NCBI RefSeq assembly: GCF_001194135.2
Contig: NC_069005.1
Coordinates: forward strand, 33,145,553-33,209,552
Origin: Octopus bimaculoides
Taxonomy: Eukaryota
DNA length: 64,000 nucleotides
Reading direction: 5' to 3'
A program made the translations under genes and the position numbers. Below are positions 1 to 12,745 of the stretch, piece by piece. The notes beneath the pieces were generated by a model. The model saw only the letters and a list, made by a program, of their open reading frames with translations, searched no databases and had not been told where the DNA came from. Numbering within the stretch: the stretch's first letter is position 1; the number at the start of each line of letters is the position of its first letter.

Positions 1-338
1 ATAACCCATGGCAGCATGGAAAATGGACACTAAATGACCATGATGATGATGATATATATTAAAGCTTATTTGATGATAAAAATTGCACTTGTTTAACTGA
101 ACCTAAAACATGTAACAGAGAGACTTTTTCTCTTTGAAGTAGAAAGCAAAGGTTTTTAACAATAGGATGCACCTCAAAGTATGAAGACTACCTAAATGCC
201 GGCCTTGTAATCTCACACAAACAATATTCAGAGGGGTGTCCAGGGTGGGGAGAGGATAAATCATGCCAACATGAAAAGACTGAAGACTGTGTTGACTTCT
301 AAAATACTTGAAGACTTCTGATTCTGATGCATGTGCTT

Positions 339-380
<42 letters not shown>

Positions 381-1541
381 TTTTGACTCAGTGCTACGTC
401 AGTGTTATAAGTTTAATGGACTATCTGTATGAATATCTTATTGGTATTTATTCAGTAGAATCTGAAGTTTTGCAAACTAGATATGGTGGATCTTCCTACT
501 TACTCTTGTCTCTCTTTTGTCTCCTTTCACTTACCCTCTTATTTCACTTATGTAAATATATGCCACCTCATTAAACAAACATCTATAACATCAGCAACAA
601 CAATAAATAAAATGTACTTCAATGAGTTTCTGTAATTTTTGTTTTTCTCTGTGGAATGTGCTGAGAATCATTTTCAATAATTGCTAGCTTAAATATATTA
701 GATTTACTCAAGTTGCTAATTGTTTTGTTTTGAGAGAGAAAGAGAGAGAGAGAGAGATTACCCCCACCCACCACCCGACAGAATTTTATCTGTTCTAATT
801 AAAACAAGCATCTGGTATTAATTCTGCAAGTTGCATACTCTCTGCATTATTAAATGAAAACTCTTCCTTCCAACTGCTTCCCTCCCTCCCTCCTCCTATT
901 CCTCACTCTCTCAGAATAGCGTCACAGTAAGTAGCTGAGCTGCTAAGTGTACATAGGTGCGCAAGGCATAGATTACCTGATACATTAAAGAAACACATTG
1001 GAATTGGTGCAGACAATACAATGACAAGAGGTGTAGGCCACCGATGCTGAATCAACACATCAACTCTGCACTGAACGTATTGGCATCTCATGACCTGCCA
1101 CTGTGACATTGGCAGCCATGCTGTTGGCGGTGGGTTGTGGCGGCTGCCAAAATCTGAGAACAAAGAAACTCAGAAATACCGTCTTTACTTGTTGTGCTCC
1201 AAATCTTTGTAGACATTTTGTGTGTCACTTGATACTTTCAATACTTAGCTACTTTCTCAGCTTGCACTCAGCCAGCCTTAATTTCAGATTCATAATCTGG
1301 TGTTTCTTTTGTTGTTCTTGTAAAAGGATTATATAAAAACAATAGTTTGAAGAACAGAGATGTGTTATGATGAAGCATGAGGATCTCTTTTTCATGGGGA
1401 AAGGGTTAAACTTGACCAGAACCTGGATATTACCGATACATATTTAATACTGGTGAGATTTAAACTCTAGAATTTTATGAATCAAACTGAAAGCTATAAG
1501 GAATTCCATCCAGTTATTCCAGTGCCCTCTCTCTACTCCAC

Positions 1542-1580
<39 letters not shown>

Positions 1581-1614
1581 CCAATGTACTCTGTTTTTCT
1601 TTCTATTTAATTAA

Positions 1615-1790
1615 AGGTGGTGAGCTGGGAGAATTGTTAGCACGCCAGGCAAAATGCTTAGCATTTCGTCCATCTTTATGTCCTGAGTTCAAATTCCACT
1701 GAAGTTGACCTTGTCTTTCATCCTTTTGGGGTTGATGAAATAAGTACCAGTTGAAAACTGGGGCTGATGTAATCAACTTGCCCCTTCTCT
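1615..1790 (+). mobile_element. SINE family A copy
   Basis: Same head, B-box gagttcaaattcc and core as 9785-10000. Confidence 0.85.
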
Positions 1791-2043
1791 AATCATAATA
1801 CCAGAGCCTTGACTTCCCAATGTGCAAAAGTCCTTCATCTACAAGCTATGCACTATATAGGGTAACATTAACTCCACAACCCATTCAAGGAACCCCATTT
1901 TGGCCTCCTGCATATCCAGTTGTAGTATTTTGGTCACTACCTATGCTCCATGACCAGGTAAATTAGAACAAGCTGTATAATAGTGAACAATACAGATGAG
2001 ATATAATTTAGGATAGACATGTATTGAAAAGTTGGATGTTAAA

Positions 2044-2044
2044 C

Positions 2045-2109
<65 letters not shown>

Positions 2110-2110
2110 G

Positions 2111-2149
<39 letters not shown>

Positions 2150-2150
2150 A
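2044..2150. repeat. Compound trinucleotide microsatellite (TGA)n-(CGC)n-(CGT)n-(GAT)n
   Basis: Directly visible. Confidence 0.95.
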
Positions 2151-2385
2151 TGTGTCTTCCTATTGTCTTGACTTTGCCTGCTGTGTAAGTAATGTCACCA
2201 TTGTGTAGACAGTTTCGATGTCTCTATGGGCCACACAGATTTGTCCAGCTGCAGAGTTGCCTCATCATTAGAAAGACCTAGGAGAATAGTACTTTACCTG
2301 GAAACCTGTTAGGGCTGGTAATAGAAAGATTTTCTAAAGTCCTATTCTAGCATGGAAAAGTGAGCGTTAAAATGATGATGATGGT
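2148..2385 (+). mobile_element. Family C repeat copy (decayed)
   Basis: Ends ctagcatggaaaagtgagcgttaaaatgatgatgatg. Confidence 0.65.
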
Positions 2386-2386
2386 A

Positions 2387-2417
<31 letters not shown>

Positions 2418-2453
2418 TTTTTTTAAATCTAGAAATATGCATACATTTTTATG

Positions 2454-2805
2454 CCTTGCTTCCTAACCACATGGTTCCAGGTTCAGTCCCACTGTGTGGC
2501 ACCATGGGCAAGTGTCTTCTACTATAGCCCCGGACTGACCAAAGCCTTACAAATGGATTTAGTAGATGGAAACTGAAAGAAGCCCATACGTGTTTGTCCC
2601 CCTCTACCACTTGACAACTGGTGTGGGTGTGTTTACATCCCCATAACTTAGTGGTTTGGCAAAATGAGACCAGTAGAATAAATACCAGGGTTAAAAAAAA
2701 AAAAACAAGCAAGTAGTGGGGTTAATCATCTAGTTGACTAAAATTCTTCACAGTGGTGCCCCAGCATGGCCACAGTCTCACAGCTGAAACAAGTAAAGGA
2801 TAAAA
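2454..2805 (+). mobile_element. SINE family B copy
   Basis: aaccacatggttccaggttcagtcccactgtgtggcaccatgggcaagtgtcttctactatagc ... ccagcatggccacagtc...gaaacaagtaaagg. Confidence 0.85.
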
Positions 2806-2952
2806 TATATGTGTAAATTGCATACACATGCATGCACGCGTGCATGTGTGTGTATGCACTTGTGTATGCATGCAGAAATGTTAGTATCCTCCAGTGTTTT
2901 GAAATCCACTTGGTATATGAATTTGTGTGCTGACGTGTGTTTGTGTGTATCT

Positions 2953-2991
<39 letters not shown>

Positions 2992-4149
2992 TTCATCTAG
3001 TCACTCCATTGTAATAAATGTAATGCTCTAGAATACTGTAGTGAAGCTTAAAATAGATTTCCAGGGCAGCAGTTGATAGGTAAGAGAAAGAGGGCAGCAA
3101 GGAAGATATGGTCTCTATTATCCACTCCATCCCCCGCCCTCCACACTTTTCATCATTCTCCACCCTTGTCCACTCACCTCGAACTGCTACACACACACTC
3201 TCTCTCTCTCTCTCTCTTCATCCATCTTGAAGTAAATCCACTTTTGTCAGCATTATTGGATAGATGCTGTATACATGTGTTGTATAGTTGCTTTCCTTGT
3301 ACAGTTTATAGGTGCTATATGTGTGCATGCATGCATGCATGTATGTATGTGTGTGTGTATAGGTGTTGTGTGTGGTGTTGATTGTTATGATGTAAGCATC
3401 ACCTGGTTTTAACACCACCTCATGGCCTTTGGGTGCTTTTAGCAGAGGCCGTTGTTGTTTTTCTTTCTTTCTTTTTTTGGCAAGTATTTGGACCAGGTCT
3501 CTGGTCTGAGGACGACTTCCTCCCACCAGTTTTAGAACCCATGAAAAGTGTCATGGACACCACCTTTTTACCCCCCCCCCCTATGACTAAACTACTAACA
3601 AAATAAAAGTGCAAGTGGTTCCTAACTTATGTATTTCCCCTCCTCTCTTCCTTGTTGCTCTTCTTGCTACTGTTGTAACTTTTTTTTGTTGTGTTATCCC
3701 TCTTTGTCAGCCACTTCCACCCCCATCCTGCAAGTATCTATATTTACACTGCTTTACATATATTAAGATACATTTAGCATTGCTGTTTAGGAGTTCTGAG
3801 GGGAAAATGCAAATTTAGCAAAGAAGAATGCTTGGAAAATTGAAATACCAAACATTTCCAGACATAATTACTCCCATTATTAATTCTCTTTGACTCTTCA
3901 TGGCAACTCACTGAACTCTTTTATCAATTCTCTTTATACTATCTTTGAAGGATTTAGAAATTATAATTTCTATAAGGAGTCATTATAAAGGTCAATTATA
4001 TTTGATAACGGGATAATGTCTGGACTAAACAATTGATGATAGGCATGATGATACTCATCAATGCACACCAGCCTCTGGCCTCTGGCCTCTGGCTCCTCAG
4101 TATACTTCTTCTGCAAGTGGTATGGCATGGGTTTTGTCTACCCTTTATG

Positions 4150-4450
4150 GTAGCCAATTTAGTCACCCCTCTTTCTTAAGTGTAACATACTTTTGACTAC
4201 AGTGAATGCATGTAATATAAAGTGTGCAGTCTGCACATCCCGCTCTAGGTCACTGTCTTCTACCTCTGCAACAGTGGTCACTGCTTTTTCCTAATTCACT
4301 TGCCTCTTCACCACATCAACACCCATGCACTAATCATCTCTGAACATCAGCCATCTGCAGTTCCCTCCCTGGCCATGCTTCTGCTGTAGCTGTTCAGGAG
4401 GGGCCATTAATTGCTTCAATCTCCCTAAACTTGGGAGGCATGTGAAGGCC
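4150..4450 (-). mobile_element. Possible very old LINE RT N-terminal remnant
   Basis: EGTADG*CSEMISA and LRKRGD weakly resemble the G.DG..EM+KA and KKGD motifs; heavily decayed. Confidence 0.3.
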
Positions 4451-5330
4451 AAAGGCACAACTCAAGTTGTCGAATGGATAATGTGGATAAACTCCCAAGC
4501 GCTTGCTTAAACAGCAGACGCATAAGAAAGAACAGTTTTAGGAAGTAATTCTTCATCTGTTTCTGCTTAACCCTGTTATTCTGTTGAGAAGTTATATAGA
4601 AAATACTTCTTAGCTTACATGTGGGTGGGTAAGCTATACCTCCTCCCCTCCATGATTCATTCCATACCAAAAGCTATGTTATTTTTAAAACATATAAACA
4701 TATTTTAGTATACTAAATTTTTTAGGTTTCATACTTTGTTTAGTGCAAGGAAACTGTTTTTTGGGCTGTACCAAGTGTGACTCTCAGTGCAGTTGTTGTT
4801 GTTGTTGTTGTTGTTGTTTTGTTTACATTTAGTTTGAGAAGGAAGCCATGCTCATTAGCTGCTACAGGCTTCCGTTGACTTTGTAAGGCAAAGGTGGTTA
4901 ATATTGTCAGAATATTATTTGAGTGTATGTGTGCGTGTGTGTGTGTGTATATATATATATGTCAGTAAATAGTGGGGTTGTGTTAACCGCACGTGGAGAA
5001 ATAATAGGAAAATGAAGAATAAGGCAGAATGCTAAATTGGAAGCGTGTTTTAATAAAGATTTCAAATTGGAAGCATGTTTTAATAAAGATGGCTTTCATT
5101 GCGAAGCGAATTTTCAAGAAGGAGAATGAAAATGTTTTTTACAAAGAAGTACAAAATGAAGAAAATAATATATAAAAAAATAACTATGCCAATACATTAT
5201 ATTGTCTTTGAGCTTTTGAAGTTCAATGGTAGTCCATGTAGGTAATGGTTGGAAAAAATAAGGATGCATGAGAATTGGGAGTTGTGTTAGGTTTGAGAAA
5301 AGGGTTAAAAGTTTGTGTTAAGCAGGAAGT

Positions 5331-5462
5331 GTGGTGTCAAAAGAGGAAGTGTGTGTAAGGGGAGACAAATGTTTTTCAACAGGAACTTCCTGTTGAAAAA
5401 GAGTTCATAACTCCAACTAAAAACATTTGTCTCCCCTTACATACACTTCCTCTTGACACCAC
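5331..5462. repeat. Long inverted repeat enclosing two inner hairpins
   Basis: Arms 5331-5376 and 5419-5462 are near-perfect reverse complements; inner palindrome 5372-5400 and mini-hairpin 5401-5413. Confidence 0.9.
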
Positions 5463-5787
5463 AGTATAGTTATTTTTTTATGTATTTTTTTTTTTATGTA
5501 TTATTTTCTTCATNNNNNNNNNNNNNNNNNNNNNNNNNNNNNNNNNNNNNNNNNNNNNNNNNNNNNNNNNNNNNNNNNNNNNNNNNNNNNNNNNNNNNNN
5601 NNNNNNNNNNNNNNNNNNNNNNNNNNNNNNNNNNNNNNNNNNNNNNNNNNNNNNNNNNNNNNNNNNNNNNNNNNNNNNNNNNNNNNNNNNNNNNNNNNNN
5701 NNNNNNNNNNNNNNNNNNNNNNNNNNNNNNNNNNNNNNNNNNNNNNNNNNNNNNNNNNNNNNNNNNNNNNNNNNNNNNNNNNNNNNN

Positions 5788-5829
<42 letters not shown>

Positions 5830-6392
5830 AATTTGCCCTTCTCTGAAAATTGCTGAGCTACAAGTGGTGATATTGTCATTTCCTTCTGTCAACAAATCAT
5901 CTGCTGGTTTGGTGCTTTTGAATATCTCTAGAATAAATAGTAGAGTCCTTATTTGAAAAACAAGCTAGGGTTAGTGACAACAAGAGCATCGGCTGTAAAA
6001 CAGTGCCACAATATATACACATCTAACCGTTACTAGCACAGAAAAAATACTCAAAATGAATGAATGAATATATATATATATATACATACAGAGAATATAA
6101 TGAAGACACCTAAAGAAGAATGGAGAATTATACATCTTCAAAATTTATTTATTATAATATTATTGCCATTAAATTCATATTAAATACCTATCCAACATCT
6201 GTTTCTGCTGGATAAGTGTCCTAATGGCCAACCAGATCTGGATTATATTGGAATGTTAATAAGGTACCTGTCCAGAGTCCAAACCCCTATTCATTTACAT
6301 TACACACACACACACACATGTGATCATGTGTGTGTGTGTGTGTGTATACACATTTGAAGGATTGCAAAAAACAAAATGACTATTGAGGATTG

Positions 6393-6450
<58 letters not shown>

Positions 6451-7419
6451 NNNNNNNNNNNNNNNNNNNNNNNNNNNNNNNNNNNNNNNNNNNNNNNNNN
6501 NNNNNNNNNNNNNNNNNNNNNNNNNNNNNNNNNNNNNNNNNNNNNNNNNNNNNNNNNNNNNNNNNNNNNNNNNNNNNNNNNNNNNNNNNNNNNNNNNNNN
6601 NNNNNNNNNNNNNNNNNNNNNNNNNNNNNNNNNNNNNNNNNNNNNNNNNNNNNNNNNNNNNNNNNNNNNNNNNNNNNNNNNNNNNNNNNNNNNNNNNNNN
6701 NNNNNNNNNNNNNNNNNNNNNNNNNNNNNNNNNNNNNNNNNNNNNNNNNNNNNNNNNNNNNNNNNNNNNNNNNNNNNNNNNNNNNNNNNNNNNNNNNNNN
6801 NNNNNNNNNNNNNNNNNNNNTTTCCTTCATCTTCAACTGGCAGCTTTGTTGCAGTTTATCACTTTATCAGTTTTGGAATGTTTTTTTTCCCATATTTTTT
6901 GTCAGTTTTTCTTTCTTATTTCTATTTTTTTCTGTCTGTTTTCATTTTTTTCTCAGCATTAACTTTTAATTTTTTTTTATCATTATATATTCATTTTTTT
7001 CCCCCCTGATAATGTTTTTGCTTCTATTTCGATTGTTTAAATCTGCACTTGGTGCAGTAACCACACTACTGCAGCACCTGTAAGCATTACAAATATTTGT
7101 AATGCAGAAATCCTGGTACCTGTTACACCAGATCCTTGGACTAAATGAATTCATAACCGAGCCATGGCTCTTTATTCCTTTACATTCTCAATTCAATTCC
7201 TGTCCAGTACCTCATGTTATTCCTCATGGGTCAACTGAATTTATTGTTACGTTCTAATTTCAAATATTGCTAAAAGCAGCATTGCTTTCCTTCCCAATGA
7301 AGTTGATAAGTACCAGTTATGTCTTGGTGTTGATTTGACATTGATGACTGTTTCCTCTTCCAAAAAATTTGCAGGCCTGTATCTATATTAGAAATCATTA
7401 TTCTTATTGTTATTCAGAA

Positions 7420-7772
7420 AGGTGATTCTCAACCATTTTTTAAATATTATCTACAAACTCTTTTGATTACTATTTTTCTCTGGTGGACCCCTCCCCCATA
7501 GCCATTCGATGTTTAAAAACTAGTATTATAGATACTTCTTTCAAAATTCCTATTTTGTTTTTCGCACATTAACTCGTGTAGGTCGAAATACGTAAAATGT
7601 TTGAGAAGGAAACCCAGCTGTTTCTTACAATATACACATCTAAAGCAACCTTTTTTTTATGGACCCTTAAAATACTACTTTGGATTTCCAATTTACTATT
7701 TTGCTTGCATGGAGCCCCAAAATTCTTAAATGGACTCCCAGGGATAATCTGAACTCCGGTTGAGAACCATTG
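7420..7772. mobile_element. hAT (Charlie-like) MITE
   Basis: Imperfect 15-bp TIRs aggtgattctcaacc / ggttgagaaccattg (cf. CAGTGGTTCTCAACC); flanking 8-mers attcagaa / atttggaa consistent with a decayed 8-bp TSD; subterminal ggaccc motifs. Confidence 0.7.
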
Positions 7773-7799
7773 ATTTGGAACATCAAACAAAATGCTTTA

Positions 7800-7965
7800 C
7801 AGCATTTCTTCAGGCTCTTTAAGTTCAGGGTTCATGTACTGCCAAGGTCAACTTTGCTTTCATCTGTTTTCAGGGTCAATAAAATACAATACCAGTCAAG
7901 TTCTGGGGTTTTAATTTATCCCCCCACTCCCTCTAAATTACCGGATTTTTGCCTAAGCTACATAT
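7800..7965 (+). mobile_element. SINE family A, decayed/rearranged copy
   Basis: ccaaggtcaactttgctttcatctgtttcagggtcaataaaatacaatacc core. Confidence 0.65.
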
Positions 7966-8029
7966 GATTATTATCGACAGTATTATATTGGAGTAGAAGG
8001 CCCTGCATCTGAAGATCCTTTCACTGAGA

Positions 8030-8180
8030 AAACGAAAGAATTTTCAGGCACTGGACCTCACTGAGGAGATGATAAGGAACTAGAGCTTCTGGTGATTTAC
8101 TGGCTTGAGAAGATGCATCAAGCATCCGGGGTCTTCCAGCTGGACACCAGCCTGGAATTTCCAAGGGCCTATGCTATTGC
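8030..8180 (+). mobile_element. RTE LINE extreme 3' coding end remnant
   Basis: QALDLTEEMIRN*SFW...LEK-like stretch resembling the end of the 53995-54810 element. Confidence 0.45.
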
Positions 8181-8845
8181 TAAATAGTTGTTGAACCTAC
8201 ACTAGATTCATTTGTTCTTTTGACAGGTCCTGTTTCTAGTCTTGCTGGGTTTCTAGCAATCCCCCTCACTTGGCAAGCCTAGCGGGGGGTGCTGGTTTAG
8301 TCGCTGATGACCTGGCCATGCAACAAGCTCTACTGGATTCCTCAGAGATCTCACAAGTGACCTGACTATAAGAATATATTTAGTCCTGTATATAATATTG
8401 TCCTTGTTAGAGTATGCCTGAATAAACGCCAGGATGGTTATAGATGGAGCATTTTTAATCATAGGTCTGCTTGTTTAGAGCTGACCTAGAGTTAAACAAC
8501 AACAACAACAATCACGAAAGGTGTACTATTAATACAAGGTCAATTCAGTTGGATTTATCTCCCTTCCCTGTGGAAGTTGGTTTAAAAAAAAATTCAATAT
8601 TTTTTGTGAAGACTACAATCTCCAATCATGACCACTATCAACCTAGCACCAGCATTAACCAATATCTGCTACCACTACGACCATCATTATCAAACGTTAT
8701 CAGTACTGGCACCATTCTCATTGACAAACCACCACCCCAATACTGTACCAATGATGCCTATACATAGCTAAGTTATTCATTTGGTAATTTGTTGTATATT
8801 AGGTCCTATGTCAAGGAATTTAGCCTGCAGTACACAACTATAACA

Positions 8846-8890
<45 letters not shown>

Positions 8891-9784
8891 ATGCATGCAT
8901 ATAAGTACTACATTAAGTGGAATGATACTACTTCACTTTTGTGTAGATACATGTGTATAGGAACACATGGATGCACTTGTGCACATTTCTGATGGATATA
9001 CTGACTCACACGTGCATACATGCATTTATTTTCTTCCCTCTCTCTTTCTCTTTGCCATAGACATACTGTTGAACATAAATGTACACATTTTGCACATACT
9101 TGTGCAAATGTGTAGAAAATATAAACACACACCGTTTCTCTCTCTCTCTCTCAGATTTATCATCAGCAACATATTTGTCTTGGTATGTTCCAGTAATTTG
9201 TTGGTGCAGGATGAAGAGGCAATGAATGAGAGCAGAGGTGTCAGGTGGTGGTGACAGTGAAGTTGATAGTAGTGTTGGTACTTACAGTGATGATGATGAT
9301 GACTGTGGTGGCGGTGGTGGTGGTGGAGGATATAGGAAGAGGAAATAAGGTAAATTAGTTATGGTGTCAAATCCAGAATAAGGTAATTCTTGTTCTAGAG
9401 AACCGGAGTTGTTGGTGCTGGTGTGTGTGTGTGGTGCGGTATTCCTGTAAGAGAGGGTTTTGGTGTGCAACTTCTCAAAAGGAACCTGAACTGCTTCAAT
9501 CTTTTCAGCCTTGGAGGGCCTGTGATGGCAGTGGGTACAGTTTTTGTTTACTTTGGTTCAAATCACTGGAGAGAAGTGGAGGAAGTAAAAGCAACCTTTG
9601 ATTAAGGAACAGAGAGATGGTGTTGAAAGGATTGTGTGTGTGTGTGTGTGCGTGTGTGAATTTTAAGGAAGTGTCTTTAAATATTGCAGAGATAGGTGGA
9701 TGGTGGGACAAAAAGTAATGAACCAGATTACAGTAAAAGGCTAAAGAACATACTGGAGCAGTATGATGATGATAATGATGATGA

Positions 9785-10000
9785 GGTGAGCTGGCAAAAA
9801 CGTTGGCATGCCGGGCGAAATGCTTAGCGGTATTTCGTTACGTTCTGAGTTCAAATTCCGCCGAGGTCAACTTTGCCTTTCATCCTTTCGGGGTCGATTA
9901 AATAAGTACCAGTTACACACTGAGGTCGATGTAATCGACTTAATCCCCTTGTCTGTCCTTGTTTGTCCCCTCTGTTTAGTCCTCTGTGGGCAATAAAGAA
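9785..10000 (+). mobile_element. tRNA-derived SINE family A, young near full-length copy
   Basis: Head ggtgagctggc (A-box-like), B-box GTTCAAATTCC (9849-9859), core gtcaactttgcctttcatcctttcggggtcgattaaataagtaccag; CpGs retained; flanked by (GAT)n both sides; many homologous copies in the window. Confidence 0.9.
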
Positions 10001-10026
10001 TGATGATGATGATGATATATACAGTA

Positions 10027-10175
10027 ATCCTCATTTAATATCTGTGTTCCATGTTACATGGATTGGATGGTTCAACAGTATCCAAAGAGCCATAGAACTG
10101 TGTTGAGCTTTAATGCCTACTTAACATGATTTCTACAGCTGGATGCCATTCCTAATGCCAACCCCTCTACAGGAT
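10027..10175 (-). mobile_element. Family C repeat copy (decayed)
   Basis: catttaatatctgtgttccatg...gatttctacagctggatgccattcctaatgccaacc. Confidence 0.7.
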
Positions 10176-10639
10176 GGGCATGCAAGATTCTGATCTGGTA
10201 ATCATGTTAATCTACAATTATGAAGGAACTCAGTGTTGAGCCAAGAGTATTTCATAAATGGGTTTCTTCAAATTCTTACTGCACGGCAGCCATCAGTCAT
10301 GAAACACTGATGTGTGGGTGAGGAAGGGAGGATCATTATACAGGGTCATTGTCATCATTGTCATCACTAACACCACCACCACCACCACCATTATTGTCAT
10401 CGTTGTCACCACCACCACCACCACTGATTGGCAGAATTGATGTTTATTTATTCACATTGCATTGAATTAATTGTGCATTCTCTCATATTTGTGAGATTTC
10501 TGAGATGTGACTCTTTATGTTGGGGAATGATATTGTAGGAAAGGTGTAAGAGACTGAATCTGACTGGTTTTGAACATAAAAGAGGTAAAATATTTAGACC
10601 GGATATGGTCAGTTTGAATGGTAGACATCAAAATGCGCT

Positions 10640-10900
10640 GCAGTATTACTGATGTCTCTTTCTCTGTTTTGAATTCAAATCCTGCCAGGGTTGATAAAAT
10701 AAAGAATCGGTCAACTCTGTAATCAATTAATATTGTCTATTCCAAATGTAATCAATATCATTATTTTCTTGGAGATCAACTTTGTCTTTCATCCTTCTGT
10801 AGAGTGTCTGTCAATGATATAAAGTACCAGTTAAGTACTAGGGGTTGATATCGTCGACTCTTCTCTTGGCCTAGATTTCTTGTCTAGCGCCAATGTCTGA
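10640..10900 (+). mobile_element. SINE family A, decayed fragments
   Basis: gaattcaaatcctgccagggttgataaaataaag and atcaactttgtctttcatcc...aagtaccag cores. Confidence 0.6.
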
Positions 10901-12574
10901 GATCAATATCATAATAATCATCACCATTATCATTATGATTCTCTTCTCCTCCTCCTCTGTCGTTCTGTTTCTCAGTCAACTGTATATGAATACAAATGTA
11001 ACCAAATGATGTTGCTTAACTTAATACTGTGTTGCAATAGATAACTAGATAAATAAAGAAATGAAATTCAGTTGAATATTTGATGTAGTTCATGAGAGAT
11101 GAAACAGAGTTCTTTTGACTCTCTCTCTCTCTCTCTCATTACTCACCAGCACCCCCCCCCCNNNNNNNNNNNNNNNNNNNNNNNNNNNNNNNNNNNNNNN
11201 NNNNNNNNNNNNNNNNNNNNNNNNNNNNNNNNNNNNNNNNNNNNNNNNNNNNNNNNNNNNNNNNNNNNNNNNNNNNNNNNNNNNNNNNNNNNNNNNNNNN
11301 NNNNNNNNNNNNNNNNNNNNNNNNNNNNNNNNNNNNNNNNNNNNNNNNNNNNNNNNNNNNNNNNNNNNNNNNNNNNNNNNNNNNNNNNNNNNNNNNNNNN
11401 NNNNATAATTGAAATACACAAAAAACAAAAACAAAACAAAAGACTAAGAATGCCATTAGGAAAGGAATTTTTGTAAGCAAGCAAACAAAAGGTGACCAGC
11501 AAATAGGGATGATGATGATTCTGGTGATGATGATGATGGTGATGATGATAGTAGTAGTGGTGGTGGTGGTGGTGGTGGTAATGATGATGCTGATGGTGAT
11601 GCTACAGTAGATGGGAGGTAGGGTAGGGTAATGTATGATTGTAGTGGTAGTGTTGTCGATAGGGTGTAAGTGTGGGTGATGATGACATGGAAACATCCAG
11701 TTACAGGGGTGGTTGGGGGTAGGTAGGCGAAGGGAAGTTAGATGGACTTCAAATCAATATGTGATGGTTATTCTATTGATGTTCCACCTCTCTCTCTCTC
11801 TCCCTCTCTTTCTCCATCTGCCTCTTATCTTGCTCTCCCCCCCCCCATCTCGTCTGTCTTCAGTCTCCCCATCTTTCAATCCTATATATATATGTCTGTC
11901 TGTAAGCTAACAATCTTACTGTTAATCCTCTTCTCTGCCTCCCACCTCCCTCTCCCCTTACTCACCACACACACACACACACACACATGCACAAACACAT
12001 ACACACACACACACACACGTCTTTAGCTGTCTTCCTCTCTCGCTCTCCACCTCTTGTCTGTCATCTCACCTCCCACCTCTCCTCTGACTAATATGGCTCC
12101 AGCAGAAGGTGGAGGAGGGAAAAACTAACCAAAGAAACATTCATTTTTATGATGTTTTCCTTTGTATTTATTTATTCATTTTGATTGTATTACCATGGCA
12201 ATAGTGTTGTTGTTGTTGTTAGTATTTGTGGTAGTAGTGGATATGGGGTGGGGCTGGGTGTACCCCTCTGTCAGTTTCTCTGATGGAGCCAGCATCCACA
12301 ATGGTGGCTTGTGGTGGGAGTGAATCGGTTGTATTGCTAGAATTAATGATGATGATGATAGTGGTGGCCAGACTTTGGCCAGTCTGTGAGCTGTACCAAT
12401 TATTGAAATGATGCCAGCAGTGAGTGCGATCAGAATTTAGCAAGAATATATCTTAAAGTTTCTCCATTGATGTCATTGCTAGTAACTCTAGAGTTGTTAC
12501 CACTCGTCATTCTCATGTTGATGTTACTAGTCAAGTAGTTATTGTCTCTACTGGTCATCACATTGGTATTAAAA

Positions 12575-12745
12575 CCTGGTCACTCTCATATCATCAGTGG
12601 TCACTCTATTACTGTCAATCACTCTGATGTTATCACCAATGGTCACTCTGGTGACATCACCTCTGGTCTCTCTCTCTCTAACTTCAGCAGTGGTCACTTT
12701 GGTTACTCTGATGTCACCACTGGTCACTTTAGTGATGTTCCCACT
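12575..12745. repeat. Diverged minisatellite, ~21-bp unit (tggtcactctgatgtcaccac-like)
   Basis: tggtcact recurs about every 21 nt or multiples thereof; explains the GHS-repeat ORF 12542-12871. Confidence 0.7.

Noticed and set aside
5034-5090. 30-bp tandem duplication; similar small duplications at 59305-59345 and 26467-26505
   Set aside because: Real but ordinary slippage duplications with no sign of function.
9785-9860. tRNA gene-like A/B boxes (also in other family A and B heads)
   Set aside because: These are SINE heads continuing into shared SINE bodies; no complete cloverleaf.
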